Shown piece by piece: positions 46,378 through 59,723 of a stretch of 64,000 bases of DNA (the first letter of the stretch is position 1; every line of letters begins with the position of its first letter). The stretch is from NCBI GenBank assembly GCA_965248575.1, contig CBDFJQ010000002.1, forward strand, positions 4,160,001 through 4,224,000, given 5' to 3'. Source of the stretch: Planctomycetota bacterium (GTDB taxonomy: Bacteria > Planctomycetota > B15-G4). Under the pieces are notes generated by a model. The model ran no database searches and was not told the origin of the DNA. It worked only from the letters and a program-made list of their open reading frames with translations. Made by a program: the position numbers and the translations under genes.

Positions 46378-47307
46378 TCAATCCTGAGGAGGAGACTCGG
46401 TAGGAGCCCCGGGCGCGGGGCGCTTGGGCCGGGGCCGCAGGCTGTTGAAGTGTTCGCCGAGTTGCTCTCTCGGAATGCGGTTCATTCCGTGAAAGGCCCC
46501 GTGGCCTGCCAGACGGGCGCCGCCATCCAGCTCGATCAGCTGACCCGTGATGAAAGACGAGGCGTCGCTCATGAGAAAGGCCGCCAGGTTTCCGAGTTCG
46601 TCGCGCGTGGCAAAACGGCCCAGGGGAACGGCTTCCCGAAGTTCGTCCTCAAAGCTCGCATCGGGCATCAGGCGCTCCCAGGCGCCTTTGGTGGGGATCG
46701 GGCCGGGGCCGATGGCATTCAGGCGGATGCCATAGGGCCCCCACTCCACCGCGAGCGAACGCATCATGGAGACGATGGCGGCCTTGGACGCAGCGCTGGG
46801 CATCACGAAGGAGCTGCCGGTGTCCGTGTAGGTCGTGGCGATGCACAGCACCCGACCGGCGGTCTTGCGCTCGATCCAGAGCCGGCCGCAGGCCTGGGTG
46901 CAGTGGAAGCTGCCCGTCAGGTTGATGCCCATGACCGCTTCGAAGCCCCGCGGGTCCAGGTCTTCGGAGAGCGAGAGGAAGTTGCCGGCCGCATTGTTCA
47001 CGAGGCCGGTGAGGGGGCCTTGGCGCTGCTCGGCTTCGGCCAGCATGGCGTCGACCCGTGGGCGCCTCTGGATGTCACACGGAAGACCCTCGGCCCGGCC
47101 GCCGGCTTCGGCTATGCGAGCCACCGTGGTCTCCAAGGGAGAACGTCGACGGCCGCAGATGGTGATGGCGGCGCCCAACTCGGCGAAGCGCGCGGCCATG
47201 GCGGAGCCGAGGCCCGTCCCGCCCCCGGTGATCAGGATGTGCTCGCCGCTCAGCAGGTCCGGTCGGTAGGGCTGTGTCGGCGCCCCAGGTGGCTCCGCCG
47301 CACTCAC
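46378..47307 (-). CDS. SDR, 2,4-dienoyl-CoA reductase-like
   Basis: ITGGGTGLG, NNAAGNF, SAASK and LAVEWG motifs. GTG start overlaps the thiolase stop. Confidence 0.88.
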   Translation of the reverse strand: MSAAEPPGAPTQPYRPDLLSGEHILITGGGTGLGSAMAARFAELGAAITICGRRRSPLETTVARIAEAGGRAEGLPCDIQRRPRVDAMLAEAEQRQGPLTGLVNNAAGNFLSLSEDLDPRGFEAVMGINLTGSFHCTQACGRLWIERKTAGRVLCIATTYTDTGSSFVMPSAASKAAIVSMMRSLAVEWGPYGIRLNAIGPGPIPTKGAWERLMPDASFEDELREAVPLGRFATRDELGNLAAFLMSDASSFITGQLIELDGGARLAGHGAFHGMNRIPREQLGEHFNSLRPRPKRPAPGAPTESPPQD

Positions 47308-48491
47308 AGCGTGAGGTTCTCGAAGATGCCAGCCGCGCCCATGCCGGCCCCGATGCACATGGTGACCATGCCGTAGCGGACTTCGCGGCGCGTCATCTCC
47401 TGCAGCAGGCTGGCCGTGAGTTTGGTGCCCGTGCAGCCCAGGGGGTGCCCCAAGGCGATGGCCCCGCCGTTCACGTTGACGATGTCCTCGTCGAGCTTCA
47501 GGGCGCGGATGACCGCCAGCGCCTGGGACGCAAAGGCTTCGTTCAGTTCGATCAGCCCGATGTCCTTGAGCTTGAGGCCGGCGCGAGCCAGCGCCTTGGG
47601 GACAGCCTCCACCGGGCCGATACCCATGACGTCGGGGGCGACGCCGGCGACGGCGAAACTCACCAGCCGAGCCAGGGGCACGGCGTTCAATTCCTGGGCT
47701 GACTTCTCGCTCATGAGGACAGCGGCTGCCGCGCCGTCGGACATCTGCGAGCAGTTGCCGGCCGTCACCGTGCCGTTCTTCTTGAAGGCTGGGCGCAGGG
47801 CCGCCAGGGACTCTGCGTTGGTGTCGGCTCGCGGGCCCTCATCGGCGCCGAACTCCACCTGTTCGATCTGGATCTTCCCGTCGACGCGGGTCATGCGCTC
47901 GACCTGCAGCGGCACGATCTCGTTCTCGAAACGTGCGGCGTCCTGGGCCTCCACCGCCCGCTGATGGCTGCGCAAGGAGAACGCATCCTGGTCTGCGCGG
48001 TTCACCTTGTACTTCTCGGCGACGCGTTCGGCCGTCAAGCCCATGCTGATGTAGGCGTTGGGTTCCTCGCCGATCAGGGTGGGGTCCGGCACGAAGTGGA
48101 AACCCTCCATGGGGACGAGCGTCATGGATTCCGTGCCGCCCGCCACCATGATGTCTGCGTGGTTCGCTTCGATGGCCTGGCTGGCCATGGCGATGGTCTG
48201 CAGGCCTGACGAACAGAAACGATTGATCGTCACCCCAGGCACCGAGTCCGGTAGGCCAGCGCGCTGGGCCACGAGGCGGCCGATGTTCAGGCCCTGTGCT
48301 CCTTCGGGCATGGCGCAACCCATGAGCACATCATCGATGCGCTCGGGGGCGAGACCCGGGACGCGGGCGATGGCCTCGCGCACCACCGATGCCCCGAGCG
48401 TGACGGGCATGGTCTGTGCCAGTGAGCCGCGCTTGGCCCGGCCCACGGGGGTGCGCAGACAGCTGACGAGGACGGCTTCTTGCTGAGCCAT
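47304..48491 (-). CDS. fadA: Acetyl-CoA C-acyltransferase (thiolase)
   Basis: NRFCSSG, NEAFA, GHPLG and MCIGAG motifs. Confidence 0.93.
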   Translation of the reverse strand: MAQQEAVLVSCLRTPVGRAKRGSLAQTMPVTLGASVVREAIARVPGLAPERIDDVLMGCAMPEGAQGLNIGRLVAQRAGLPDSVPGVTINRFCSSGLQTIAMASQAIEANHADIMVAGGTESMTLVPMEGFHFVPDPTLIGEEPNAYISMGLTAERVAEKYKVNRADQDAFSLRSHQRAVEAQDAARFENEIVPLQVERMTRVDGKIQIEQVEFGADEGPRADTNAESLAALRPAFKKNGTVTAGNCSQMSDGAAAAVLMSEKSAQELNAVPLARLVSFAVAGVAPDVMGIGPVEAVPKALARAGLKLKDIGLIELNEAFASQALAVIRALKLDEDIVNVNGGAIALGHPLGCTGTKLTASLLQEMTRREVRYGMVTMCIGAGMGAAGIFENLTL

Positions 48492-48503
48492 GGCGATTCC
48501 AGA

Positions 48504-50951
48504 CTAAGAACGAGGGGTGGGCGTGCGCTTCTTGCGGAACACGCTGGTCAAGCTCACCAGCCCCTTGGCGGCGATCTGTGCAGCCTTGGGTTGGTTGCGC
48601 GTGAGCAGCTCGGCGATCTGCTTCTGGGTGGCCTTCTCGCCCAGCAGGGAGAGGAACACTTCCCGCTCGAGGTCGAGCAGCTGCTGTTCGTGCAACCAGG
48701 TCGCACCGGGCAGGTCTCCGCCGGTGATGACCCAGGCGATGCGCCCTGCGACATAGGCGTCGTGTTCGCGTACGAAGCCTCCTTGCAGCAGATGGGCGAC
48801 GCCGACGTCAAAGGGGCCGCGACCGGGGGTGCCCAACACGCGGATGGCCGTGCGCACGGCGGGAGCTCTGTAGCCCTCCTCGGCCAGGCGCAACACTTCG
48901 CGCTTGGCGACCCATAGCCGGCGGTCGGCGTTCATGACGATCGTGCCCGCGCGGGACATGAAGCCGAGCTCCTGGGCTTCGTGTGCGCTGGTGGCTACTT
49001 GCGCCTTGGCGACGGTCTCGAAGGCCTTGCGCAGGAAGGGCGCGACGTGTTCCGGCGCAGGGGACGCCGCTTGTTCAGCCGCCCACGCTGCCATGCGCAT
49101 GGTGCCGCCGCCAGCGGGGATCAGGCCTGCGCCAATCTCCACCAGACCCACATAGGACTCGGCTGCGCACACGGGGTAGGGGCAGGCCATCGTCATCTCG
49201 CAGGCACCGCCCAGGACCCGACCCTGGGTGGCGACCAGCACCGGCTTGGCTGCATAGCGCACCCGCTGGCCCGCCTGTTGGAAGGTCCCGATGGCTGCGT
49301 CGATGTCGGACCAATGCCCTTGCATGACGGCTACGGCCATCTCGGCCAGGTTGGCACCGACGCTGAAGTGCTCGGCGCTGTTGCCGATGACCATGCCAGC
49401 CCAAGGGCCGGACTCCACGGTTTCGATGGCATGGAACAGGCCGTCGAGCACTTGCCGCCCCAGCGTGTTCATCTTGCTGCGGAACTCGAACAACGCGACG
49501 CCATCACCCAGGTCGACGAGGCCGCACTCCTCGTTGCTCCAGATGTCGTCGCGGGTCGAGCGCAGGTTGACGAGGTCGAGCTCGTCGTGCGGCAGTGGGC
49601 GGTCGGTGTAGGCAGCTGCTTCCGGGTTCCAGCTGCCCAGGGCGTCCTGTGCCGGGCGGTAGAAGGAATCGAGCCCCTGGCGCTCCATCTCGTCGACCCA
49701 GGCGGGCAGCGCGAGGCGTTGGGCCCGCATTTCGTCGAGCACCAGCTGGAAGCCCAGGGCTTCCCAGACCTGGAAGGGGCCGAGGCGCCATCCGAAGCCG
49801 AGTCGCAAAGCGCCGTCCACATCGGCCACGACGTCGGAGATCTCGGGCAGACGACGCGCGCTGTACGCCAGCAGGTCGAGGGTCGTGCGGCGGAAGAACT
49901 CGCCCATGCGCCCCGTGTCTTCGTAGAGCGCTCGCAGCCGTGCCGGGAGGTCGCCAGCCTTCTTGATGCCGTCCACCTCGAGGCGCTTGCCGCTGGGGGG
50001 CGCGTACTCCATGGACTGCGGGTCCATGGACAGGATCTTGCCGTCCTGCTTCTTGTAGAAGCCTTGCTTGGTCTTGGCGCCGAGGGCTTCTCGTTCGACG
50101 AGCTTCAACAGCAGCCACGGTGGCCGGAAGGCCTCGCGGCTTTCGTCGGACTCCACGCCCTCGTAGAGGTTGTTGGCGACGTGCACCAAGGTGTCCAGGC
50201 CCACGAGGTCTGCGGTGCGGAAGGTCGCCGAGCGGGGTCGGCCGATGAGCGTTCCGGTCAGCACGTCCACGTCCTCGATGCTGAAGTCGTGCTCCGTGAC
50301 CTGCCTGATGGCCTGCATCGCTGCGTAGATGCCGATGCGGTTGCCGATGAAGTTGGGTGTGTCCTTGGCCTGGATGACTCCCTTGCCAAGGTGCAGGCGG
50401 GCGAAGTGGGCGACACGTTCGAGCACCTCGGGCGAGGTGTCCGGCGTCGCAATGACCTCGAACAGCTTCAAGTAGCGGGGTGGGTTGAAGAAGTGGGTGC
50501 CGAGGAAGCGGCCGCGGAAGCTCTCGCTGCGTCCCGCGGAGATCTTGTGGATGGGCAACCCGCTGGTGTTGGTGGAAATGACGGCGTCTTCGCGCACGAC
50601 GCCTTCGAGGCGCTCCATCAAGGCCTGCTTGATGTCCATGCGCTCGATGACCGCCTCGATGACCCAATCCACCTGCCCCAGCCTGTCCAGGTCATCGTCG
50701 AGGTTGCCGGGCGTGATGAGCTCAGCTCGATCTGCGGTGAAGAAGGGATTGGGGTTGAGCTTCTTGGCCATGGCCAACCCCTTGCGGGCGGCCGCGCTGC
50801 GGTCGGGCCCATCGCTGGCGATGTCCAGCAGCTGGACGCTCAGCCCGGCGTTGGCGAGGTGTGCAGCAATCTGGGCACCCATGACTCCGGCGCCAAGTAC
50901 GGCAGCGGTTCGGAATGGGCGGGGCGGGGTCTTCGACACGTCGGAACTCAT
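48504..50951 (-). CDS. 3-hydroxyacyl-CoA dehydrogenase/enoyl-CoA hydratase (FadN-like)
   Basis: GAGVMG, STNTSG, GTHFFNPPRY; C-terminal crotonase motifs FSVGANL, GGACE and GLVE. Confidence 0.92.
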   Translation of the reverse strand: MSSDVSKTPPRPFRTAAVLGAGVMGAQIAAHLANAGLSVQLLDIASDGPDRSAAARKGLAMAKKLNPNPFFTADRAELITPGNLDDDLDRLGQVDWVIEAVIERMDIKQALMERLEGVVREDAVISTNTSGLPIHKISAGRSESFRGRFLGTHFFNPPRYLKLFEVIATPDTSPEVLERVAHFARLHLGKGVIQAKDTPNFIGNRIGIYAAMQAIRQVTEHDFSIEDVDVLTGTLIGRPRSATFRTADLVGLDTLVHVANNLYEGVESDESREAFRPPWLLLKLVEREALGAKTKQGFYKKQDGKILSMDPQSMEYAPPSGKRLEVDGIKKAGDLPARLRALYEDTGRMGEFFRRTTLDLLAYSARRLPEISDVVADVDGALRLGFGWRLGPFQVWEALGFQLVLDEMRAQRLALPAWVDEMERQGLDSFYRPAQDALGSWNPEAAAYTDRPLPHDELDLVNLRSTRDDIWSNEECGLVDLGDGVALFEFRSKMNTLGRQVLDGLFHAIETVESGPWAGMVIGNSAEHFSVGANLAEMAVAVMQGHWSDIDAAIGTFQQAGQRVRYAAKPVLVATQGRVLGGACEMTMACPYPVCAAESYVGLVEIGAGLIPAGGGTMRMAAWAAEQAASPAPEHVAPFLRKAFETVAKAQVATSAHEAQELGFMSRAGTIVMNADRRLWVAKREVLRLAEEGYRAPAVRTAIRVLGTPGRGPFDVGVAHLLQGGFVREHDAYVAGRIAWVITGGDLPGATWLHEQQLLDLEREVFLSLLGEKATQKQIAELLTRNQPKAAQIAAKGLVSLTSVFRKKRTPTPRS

Positions 50952-51122
50952 GGGAGGACTCACCCTTTGGTGGGGGCGGCCGGTCGGGTTGCGAAAGACT
51001 GTCCGAGCACGGGACGAGGGTGGAGCAAGACTTTCACCGTAGCAGCCAGAAGAGGGCCCTTCGACGGCCGTGACGCCGAGCCGGAAAGGTTGTCCAGGAT
51101 TCCCGTGTATCCTGAGGGTTCC

Positions 51123-52529
51123 ATGCCGTTTTCCCGAAAACTCCCTGTTCTCCTGGTGTGCCTGTGGTGCACCTGTCTGGGCGTCGCGCGTGCGCAGCTT
51201 GGCGTCTCACCCACGACGCCCAGCATGCCCTCCACGCCCCAGGCAGGGAGTACGGGCACGGGCGTTCCCGGTCTCCGCACGGCCATGAAGTGTGCCGTTG
51301 ACTCAACAGGTTCCATGAGCGCCTGGATTTCAGGGCGTCGGGGGCTGTGGGTCGAGGGATGGCCCGGAACCCATGGAGCCGAGCTGCGTCTGGGCCGCGG
51401 GAGCTGGCCCCGCTTCCTGCCGGACGGGCGACTGGTCTTCGAGCTGACGGAGGACGACGGCCACACCACCTCGACCAGCCTCGCCTTCGTGCTGGAGCCC
51501 GGGAGCCTGAAGGCACGGACCGCATGGCCCGGCGAGGAGCTGGGAATGTGGGTGGCGCCGCCGACGCTCCAGGCCGCGACCGGGGCGACGCGGGTCTGTC
51601 TCGATGCGGGGCACGGCGGAATGGATCCCGGCGCCCTGGGCAACGGGCTCCAGGAGAAGGACGTCACCCTGGATGTCGTGTTGAGACTCGCGGACCTGCT
51701 CGCCACGGACAACGGTGATGAGTCGGGGGGCGGCAGCTGGGATGTCTTGCTCACGCGCACCGACGACAGCGACGTGTCCTTGGCCGAGCGGGTCACGATG
51801 GCCAATGCCTTCGCAGCCGAGAGTTACCTTTCGCTGCACGCGAACGCTTTCGGCGACCCTGCTGCCCAGGGCACCGAGACCTACGCCTGGGCCGAGGCCA
51901 CGGTGGCGGCGCAGCTTCGGGATCGGGTGCACACCCGGATGCTGCAGGCTTGGAATCTCGTGGACCGCGGGACGAAGACGGCCGGTTTCTACGTGCTGCT
52001 GATGACCACGATGCCTGCCTCCCTGTCCGAGATGGGCTTCATCACGAGTCCCGTGGACTCCGTGTTGCTCGGAGATCCGGACGCGCGGGAGAGCATGGCC
52101 CTCGCGCATGTCTTCGCGCTGCAAGAGCATCACGGTTACACCATCCACGAACCGTCGCTCTTCGAGATCCTGCGCGGCGGGGTCTATGGGACCGTGGGCA
52201 AGCCGTCGTTGATCGGCAAGGGGCCGCTGATTGCCGGGTCCAGCTTCTCCATGAAGCTGGTGGATGGCCTCCCGCTTTCGACGGCCGTGCTCTTCTATTC
52301 CTTCACGTCGTCGCCCACGCCCTTCCTGGGCGGTCTGCTGTATCCCTTCCCGGCTCCGCGCCTGCTGTTCTTGCAGACCGATGCAGCCGGTGCGGCTCAG
52401 GGTTCCGGCCAGTGGCCAGCCGGGCTCCCTTCAGGAACTCAGATCTGGTACCAGGCGGGGGTGGTGGATCCGTTCGTGCCCGTTCACGGCGCGTCCTTGA
52501 GCGACGCCGTGGTCAGCACGACTCCCTAG
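51123..52529 (+). CDS. Exported N-acetylmuramoyl-L-alanine amidase (Amidase_3) with ~120-aa C-terminal domain
   Basis: LDAGHGG, EK, SLHAN and SEMGF motifs; signal peptide from ATG 51123. The upstream part of the 1182-aa track ORF is antisense to the FadN-like gene. Confidence 0.88.
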   Translation: MPFSRKLPVLLVCLWCTCLGVARAQLGVSPTTPSMPSTPQAGSTGTGVPGLRTAMKCAVDSTGSMSAWISGRRGLWVEGWPGTHGAELRLGRGSWPRFLPDGRLVFELTEDDGHTTSTSLAFVLEPGSLKARTAWPGEELGMWVAPPTLQAATGATRVCLDAGHGGMDPGALGNGLQEKDVTLDVVLRLADLLATDNGDESGGGSWDVLLTRTDDSDVSLAERVTMANAFAAESYLSLHANAFGDPAAQGTETYAWAEATVAAQLRDRVHTRMLQAWNLVDRGTKTAGFYVLLMTTMPASLSEMGFITSPVDSVLLGDPDARESMALAHVFALQEHHGYTIHEPSLFEILRGGVYGTVGKPSLIGKGPLIAGSSFSMKLVDGLPLSTAVLFYSFTSSPTPFLGGLLYPFPAPRLLFLQTDAAGAAQGSGQWPAGLPSGTQIWYQAGVVDPFVPVHGASLSDAVVSTTP

Positions 52530-52539
52530 CGCCGGTTGA

Positions 52540-53883
52540 CTAGCGTCGGTTGCCGCGCGCCGGCTTTGCCTTGGCCTTGCGGTTGGCTTTCGCGGGTCGC
52601 TGCGCTGCTTTCGGAGGCTTGGGTGCCTTGGAAGCGCCGACGGCCTGGGCGACATCCGCCAGGTGCAGCCAACGTTGGCGAGACAGCTCGTCACGCCAAC
52701 GACCCACGAGGTTCGAGTTGGTGTGGATTCGCGAATCCCCCCAGTCGGGCCAAGCAGACGTCTTGCGCCAGTCCACGGGCAGCATGGTGACCGCCTTGAT
52801 CTCGGGGTGGAGGTCGAGGAAGGCGAGGAACGGCCGGAACCACTGGGTCCAGACGGCCTCGGCGCGCACCCCTCGGGGGTCCTCGCGGCTGGAGACGATG
52901 TCCATGCGCTGGGGAGTCGCTTCACCGATGAGCACAGGCTTGCCCGCGCGGCGCGCATGTTCGAGCAGCAGATCCGTGACCAGGTAGAAACGGTCAGCCT
53001 GGTTGCGGCCGTGGCCAGCGAGACCGGAGAAATGGAGCGGGCTGAAGACGTCGACGCTGTACCAGTCGATGACGTCATCACCCGGGTACCAGCGGAACTC
53101 ACCTTGCGCGTTGCGCTCGAAGATCTCCGGGTCGCCGTGCGGGACGATGCACCAGACGAAGGCCACATTGTCCGCCTTGCGGGCGCGGAAGCGTTCGACG
53201 ACCTTGCGGTAGGCAAGCGGGAACACATAGGGGTGATGACCGTTCCAGCTGCCGTTGATCTCGTTCCCGATGCGGAGCAGGACGCGCACGCCGGAATCCC
53301 TGATGGTGTCCGCGATCTCATCGAGCCGAGCGTCGTACTGCGTGGTGTGAGCGACCGCGTAGTCAGTGCCCGTGCTGCCCCCCTCCGAGGCGACGCCGAA
53401 GGAGAGAGCGAGGTTCACCAGCCCTCCCGTGTTCTGGGCGATGCGCAGGCTCTCATCCAGTTGGTGTCGGTCGACACTGACGCCGCGCGTCCCCTCCACG
53501 ACGACCCAGCTCGCAATGCCGGCCGGCTGGAGGGCGTCCCCCATGGTCCGGGAGTATTCGACCAGCTCCTGTTGTTGCCCGAGCATCGTGCCCGCGAAGT
53601 GCAGGATGCGATCGTCGGGTGGTTCGTGCAGGGCAAGCGTGCGGGGGGCCTGCACCTGCTGGGTGGGGAAGAGGTCGTCGAGGGAGTCGTCGTACCCCTC
53701 CGCGAGCGGGTCCAGCAGGCGCGTGGCCTCGGCCCAGAGACTCTCTGCCAGCGCGGCATCGCTGGCACGCTGGCTGACGGAGTTTCGCTGAACAGGTTGA
53801 GACGTCGCGCAACCGGCGGTGGCCAGACAGAGCGCCGTGCACAGGACTGTGAACCGGACCGGGAGGAGCCGTTGAACGCTCAT
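52540..53883 (-). CDS. GH26-like glycoside hydrolase lipoprotein
   Basis: TAGC lipobox; LRIGNEING, NVAFVW, WYPGDDVIDW and KPVLIGE motifs; basic C-terminal tail. Confidence 0.72.
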   Translation of the reverse strand: MSVQRLLPVRFTVLCTALCLATAGCATSQPVQRNSVSQRASDAALAESLWAEATRLLDPLAEGYDDSLDDLFPTQQVQAPRTLALHEPPDDRILHFAGTMLGQQQELVEYSRTMGDALQPAGIASWVVVEGTRGVSVDRHQLDESLRIAQNTGGLVNLALSFGVASEGGSTGTDYAVAHTTQYDARLDEIADTIRDSGVRVLLRIGNEINGSWNGHHPYVFPLAYRKVVERFRARKADNVAFVWCIVPHGDPEIFERNAQGEFRWYPGDDVIDWYSVDVFSPLHFSGLAGHGRNQADRFYLVTDLLLEHARRAGKPVLIGEATPQRMDIVSSREDPRGVRAEAVWTQWFRPFLAFLDLHPEIKAVTMLPVDWRKTSAWPDWGDSRIHTNSNLVGRWRDELSRQRWLHLADVAQAVGASKAPKPPKAAQRPAKANRKAKAKPARGNRR

Positions 53884-54194
53884 GGAGATGCGAGGACTTC
53901 AGGAGAGGTGGAGGAGCGGGACGCGATCGAGGCGCTGAGGGGGGCCGCTGAATCATCGGCGATAGCACGACGTAGCTGAACCACCGTGCCGGGGACAAGT
54001 CGCGAACTGACCGGACGAGCCTGGCGCGAGCAAAGGGCCCCATGCGAGGTGGGGGCGCTGGAGGGCCGCTTCCTGGTCTTGGCGGGGGATTGGCCCAGGG
54101 TTTCGGCCCCGGGGCGCAGCCGTTATGTTTGCGCGACTCTTTCCTCGACTCCCCCTCGATCCCTCCACTTTCACAGCAAGGCGAGACCAGCACC

Positions 54195-55193
54195 ATGGGC
54201 CAGCGATACGACGTATACGGAGTGGGCAACGCCCTGGTGGACATCGAAGTGGAAGCCACGGAGGACCAGCTGAAAGAGCTTGGGGTCGACAAGGGCGTCA
54301 TGACGCTGGTCGAGCCGGATCGCCAGGCCTACCTGTTGGGGAAGCTCAGCGGCGTTCAGCATCGGCGGACCGGCGGCGGGTCTGCGGCAAACACGATCAT
54401 GGCCTTGGCCCACCTCGGGGCCCGTTGCTACTACTCGTGCCGCATCGCGGACGATGACACAGGGAACTTCTTTGCCGATGACATGAAGGCCGCAGGCGTC
54501 GAGACGAACGCGCACGCCGACAAGGGGAACGATGCCGCAACCGGCAGCTGCCTCGTGATGGTGACGCCCGATGCCGACCGCACCATGAACACGAGCCTGG
54601 GGATCAGCGCGACCTTGACGGCGCAGCAGCTCGTGGAGGATCAGCTTGCGGCGTCCAACTACCTCTACATCGAAGGCTATCTGGTGAGCACGCCCAACTC
54701 TCTCGAGACCGCGCATGCGGCTCGCAAGATGGCGGCCCAGCACGACGTCAAAACTGCGTTCACGTTCTCGGATCCGGCCATGGTGCGTTTCTGCCGCGAC
54801 GGCTTGGACCAGGTCCTGGGTGACGGTGTCGACGTCCTGCTGTGCAACGAGGAAGAGGCACTGGGATTCACCGGGCGCGACTCCATCGAAGAGGCGGGTG
54901 ACGCCTTGCGCGAGCGAGCGGGCATCCTGGGCATGACCTTGGGGCCCAAGGGCGCCCGGGTCTGGGATGGCAGCACGTGGTTGGACATCGCGCCGCACGC
55001 AGTGGATGCGATCGACACCAACGGTGCGGGCGACCTGTTCGCGGGCGCCTTCCTGTACGGCATCACCCAGGGGCTCGGCTGCCAGAAGGCGGGCGAGTTG
55101 GCGAGCCTCGGGTCCGCTCGATTGGTGACGCGCTTCGGTGCCCGCATGGATCGGGAAGGCTTGCAGGACGTGAGGAGCACGGTCCTCGGCTAG
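54195..55193 (+). CDS. PfkB family sugar/adenosine kinase
   Basis: GNALVD, GGSAANT and DTNGAGDLF motifs. Start trimmed to ATG 54195. Confidence 0.9.
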   Translation: MGQRYDVYGVGNALVDIEVEATEDQLKELGVDKGVMTLVEPDRQAYLLGKLSGVQHRRTGGGSAANTIMALAHLGARCYYSCRIADDDTGNFFADDMKAAGVETNAHADKGNDAATGSCLVMVTPDADRTMNTSLGISATLTAQQLVEDQLAASNYLYIEGYLVSTPNSLETAHAARKMAAQHDVKTAFTFSDPAMVRFCRDGLDQVLGDGVDVLLCNEEEALGFTGRDSIEEAGDALRERAGILGMTLGPKGARVWDGSTWLDIAPHAVDAIDTNGAGDLFAGAFLYGITQGLGCQKAGELASLGSARLVTRFGARMDREGLQDVRSTVLG

Positions 55194-55729
55194 TCGGTCT
55201 GCTGCTCGGAGTCAGCTGCCTCGTGCAGGGTCGCGTCGTCGTAGAAACCGAGGCCGTGGCCTGCTCCGGCCCTCGCCTTGGCAATCCAGACTGCTTGGCC
55301 CGTGTGCCAGGAGAAGTGCTCGACGACGTGGTAGACCGCCTCTTCGCAGCTCACGTCGTAGCCCTGGATGGAGAGCCGTCGGCCGAGGGCATTTTGGTCC
55401 AGGCTTTCGAGCAGCGTGGCAGCATCCCGAACGGTGTCCTCCAAAGCGCCCAGGAGCTGCTCGCCGTCGCGGCCCGGTGGGCCCTCGGTGGCGGCAAACT
55501 CGCTGTCCCGGTCCCGTTGGTCCCGGTGGTCGCCCAGCCCGCACAGGATCCACTGGCGCAGATTGCCTTCGAGATGCAGCAGGATCGTGCCGAAGCTGAT
55601 GCAATCGGGGTGGGGTCTCCAGAAGAGATCGGCGTTGGGCAGGATGTCTGCGGCAGACCGGAGACGGGGGAGGTAGACGTCTCGCAGGTAGCGCGCGGAT
55701 TCCATGGCGAAGGACGAGGACGCGGCCAT
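55190..55729 (-). CDS. DinB/DUF1572 family protein
   Basis: HLEGNLRQW, RDRDSEF and EHFSWHTGQ motifs. Confidence 0.8.
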   Translation of the reverse strand: MAASSSFAMESARYLRDVYLPRLRSAADILPNADLFWRPHPDCISFGTILLHLEGNLRQWILCGLGDHRDQRDRDSEFAATEGPPGRDGEQLLGALEDTVRDAATLLESLDQNALGRRLSIQGYDVSCEEAVYHVVEHFSWHTGQAVWIAKARAGAGHGLGFYDDATLHEAADSEQQTD

Positions 55730-55810
55730 CGGGCAACTCCGGACGGGATGGTGGGGCGCGACGGTCAGTGACCTCGCGATCCGGCGGTCCATCGAGGTTA
55801 CGCTGCAGTC

Positions 55811-56433
55811 ATGTCGGGCACACGTGTCATCGAATGCGGTTATGAGGACCCCCTGGATCTTGTCTGGGTCCGCACAGCTGCGCGGATGGGGATGGAGCTG
55901 CAGCGTTCAGCGGAGGTCTATGCGGCGTGGGATGGGGCCGGGTGTTTGCGCATCGCCGACAGCGCGAGCATGGATGCTGACGACTGCCTAGCGCAGCTGG
56001 TGTTCCACGAGATGTGTCACGCCTTGGTGGAAGGCCCCGACGCCTGGGCAATGCCCGACTGGGGGCTCAGCAACCGGGACGAGCGGCATCTCACCCGTGA
56101 GTACGCGTGCCATCGGCTGCAGGCTGCCCTGGCGGATCGTTACGGCTTGCGGCGCTTTCTCGCGGTGACCACGGATCACCGTGCTCACTACGACGCGCTG
56201 CCTTCAGACACACTGAGCACGTCCGGCACCCAGGGCCCGGAGCGTGATGCAGCGATCGAGGCGGCCGTGATCGGCTGGGAGCGTGCACAGGGAGAGCCGT
56301 GGGTGGGACCTCTCTCAGCCGCACTGCAGGCCACGGCAGAGATCGCGAAGGCCGTGCAGCGGGTTCAGGGGGGCGACGACGAACCCACAGGGTCTGCGGC
56401 GGCCTCCCTCTGGGCGCGCGTTCGGCCGCTCGA

Positions 56434-56437
<4 letters not shown>
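55811..56437 (+). CDS. Hypothetical HExxH protein
   Basis: [13 protein letters not shown]...PDWGL; -10-like TACGCT 6 nt before the ATG. Confidence 0.65.
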
Positions 56438-59652
<3,215 letters not shown>

Positions 59653-59723
59653 GTGGGCCGCTCAATCAACGGAGTGTCGTGCGTGTCTTTCGGCAACGCA
59701 CTCGCTCCGGCTTGACGGCCCTC

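Noticed and set aside
48981..51122. N-terminal 714 aa of the 1182-aa ORF, an apparent giant amidase fusion
   Set aside because: Mostly antisense to the FadN-like gene; the real amidase starts with a signal peptide at 51123.
53884..54194. Possible ncRNA in the 310-bp divergent intergenic region
   Set aside because: Only short GC-rich hairpins; no recognisable RNA family or terminator.
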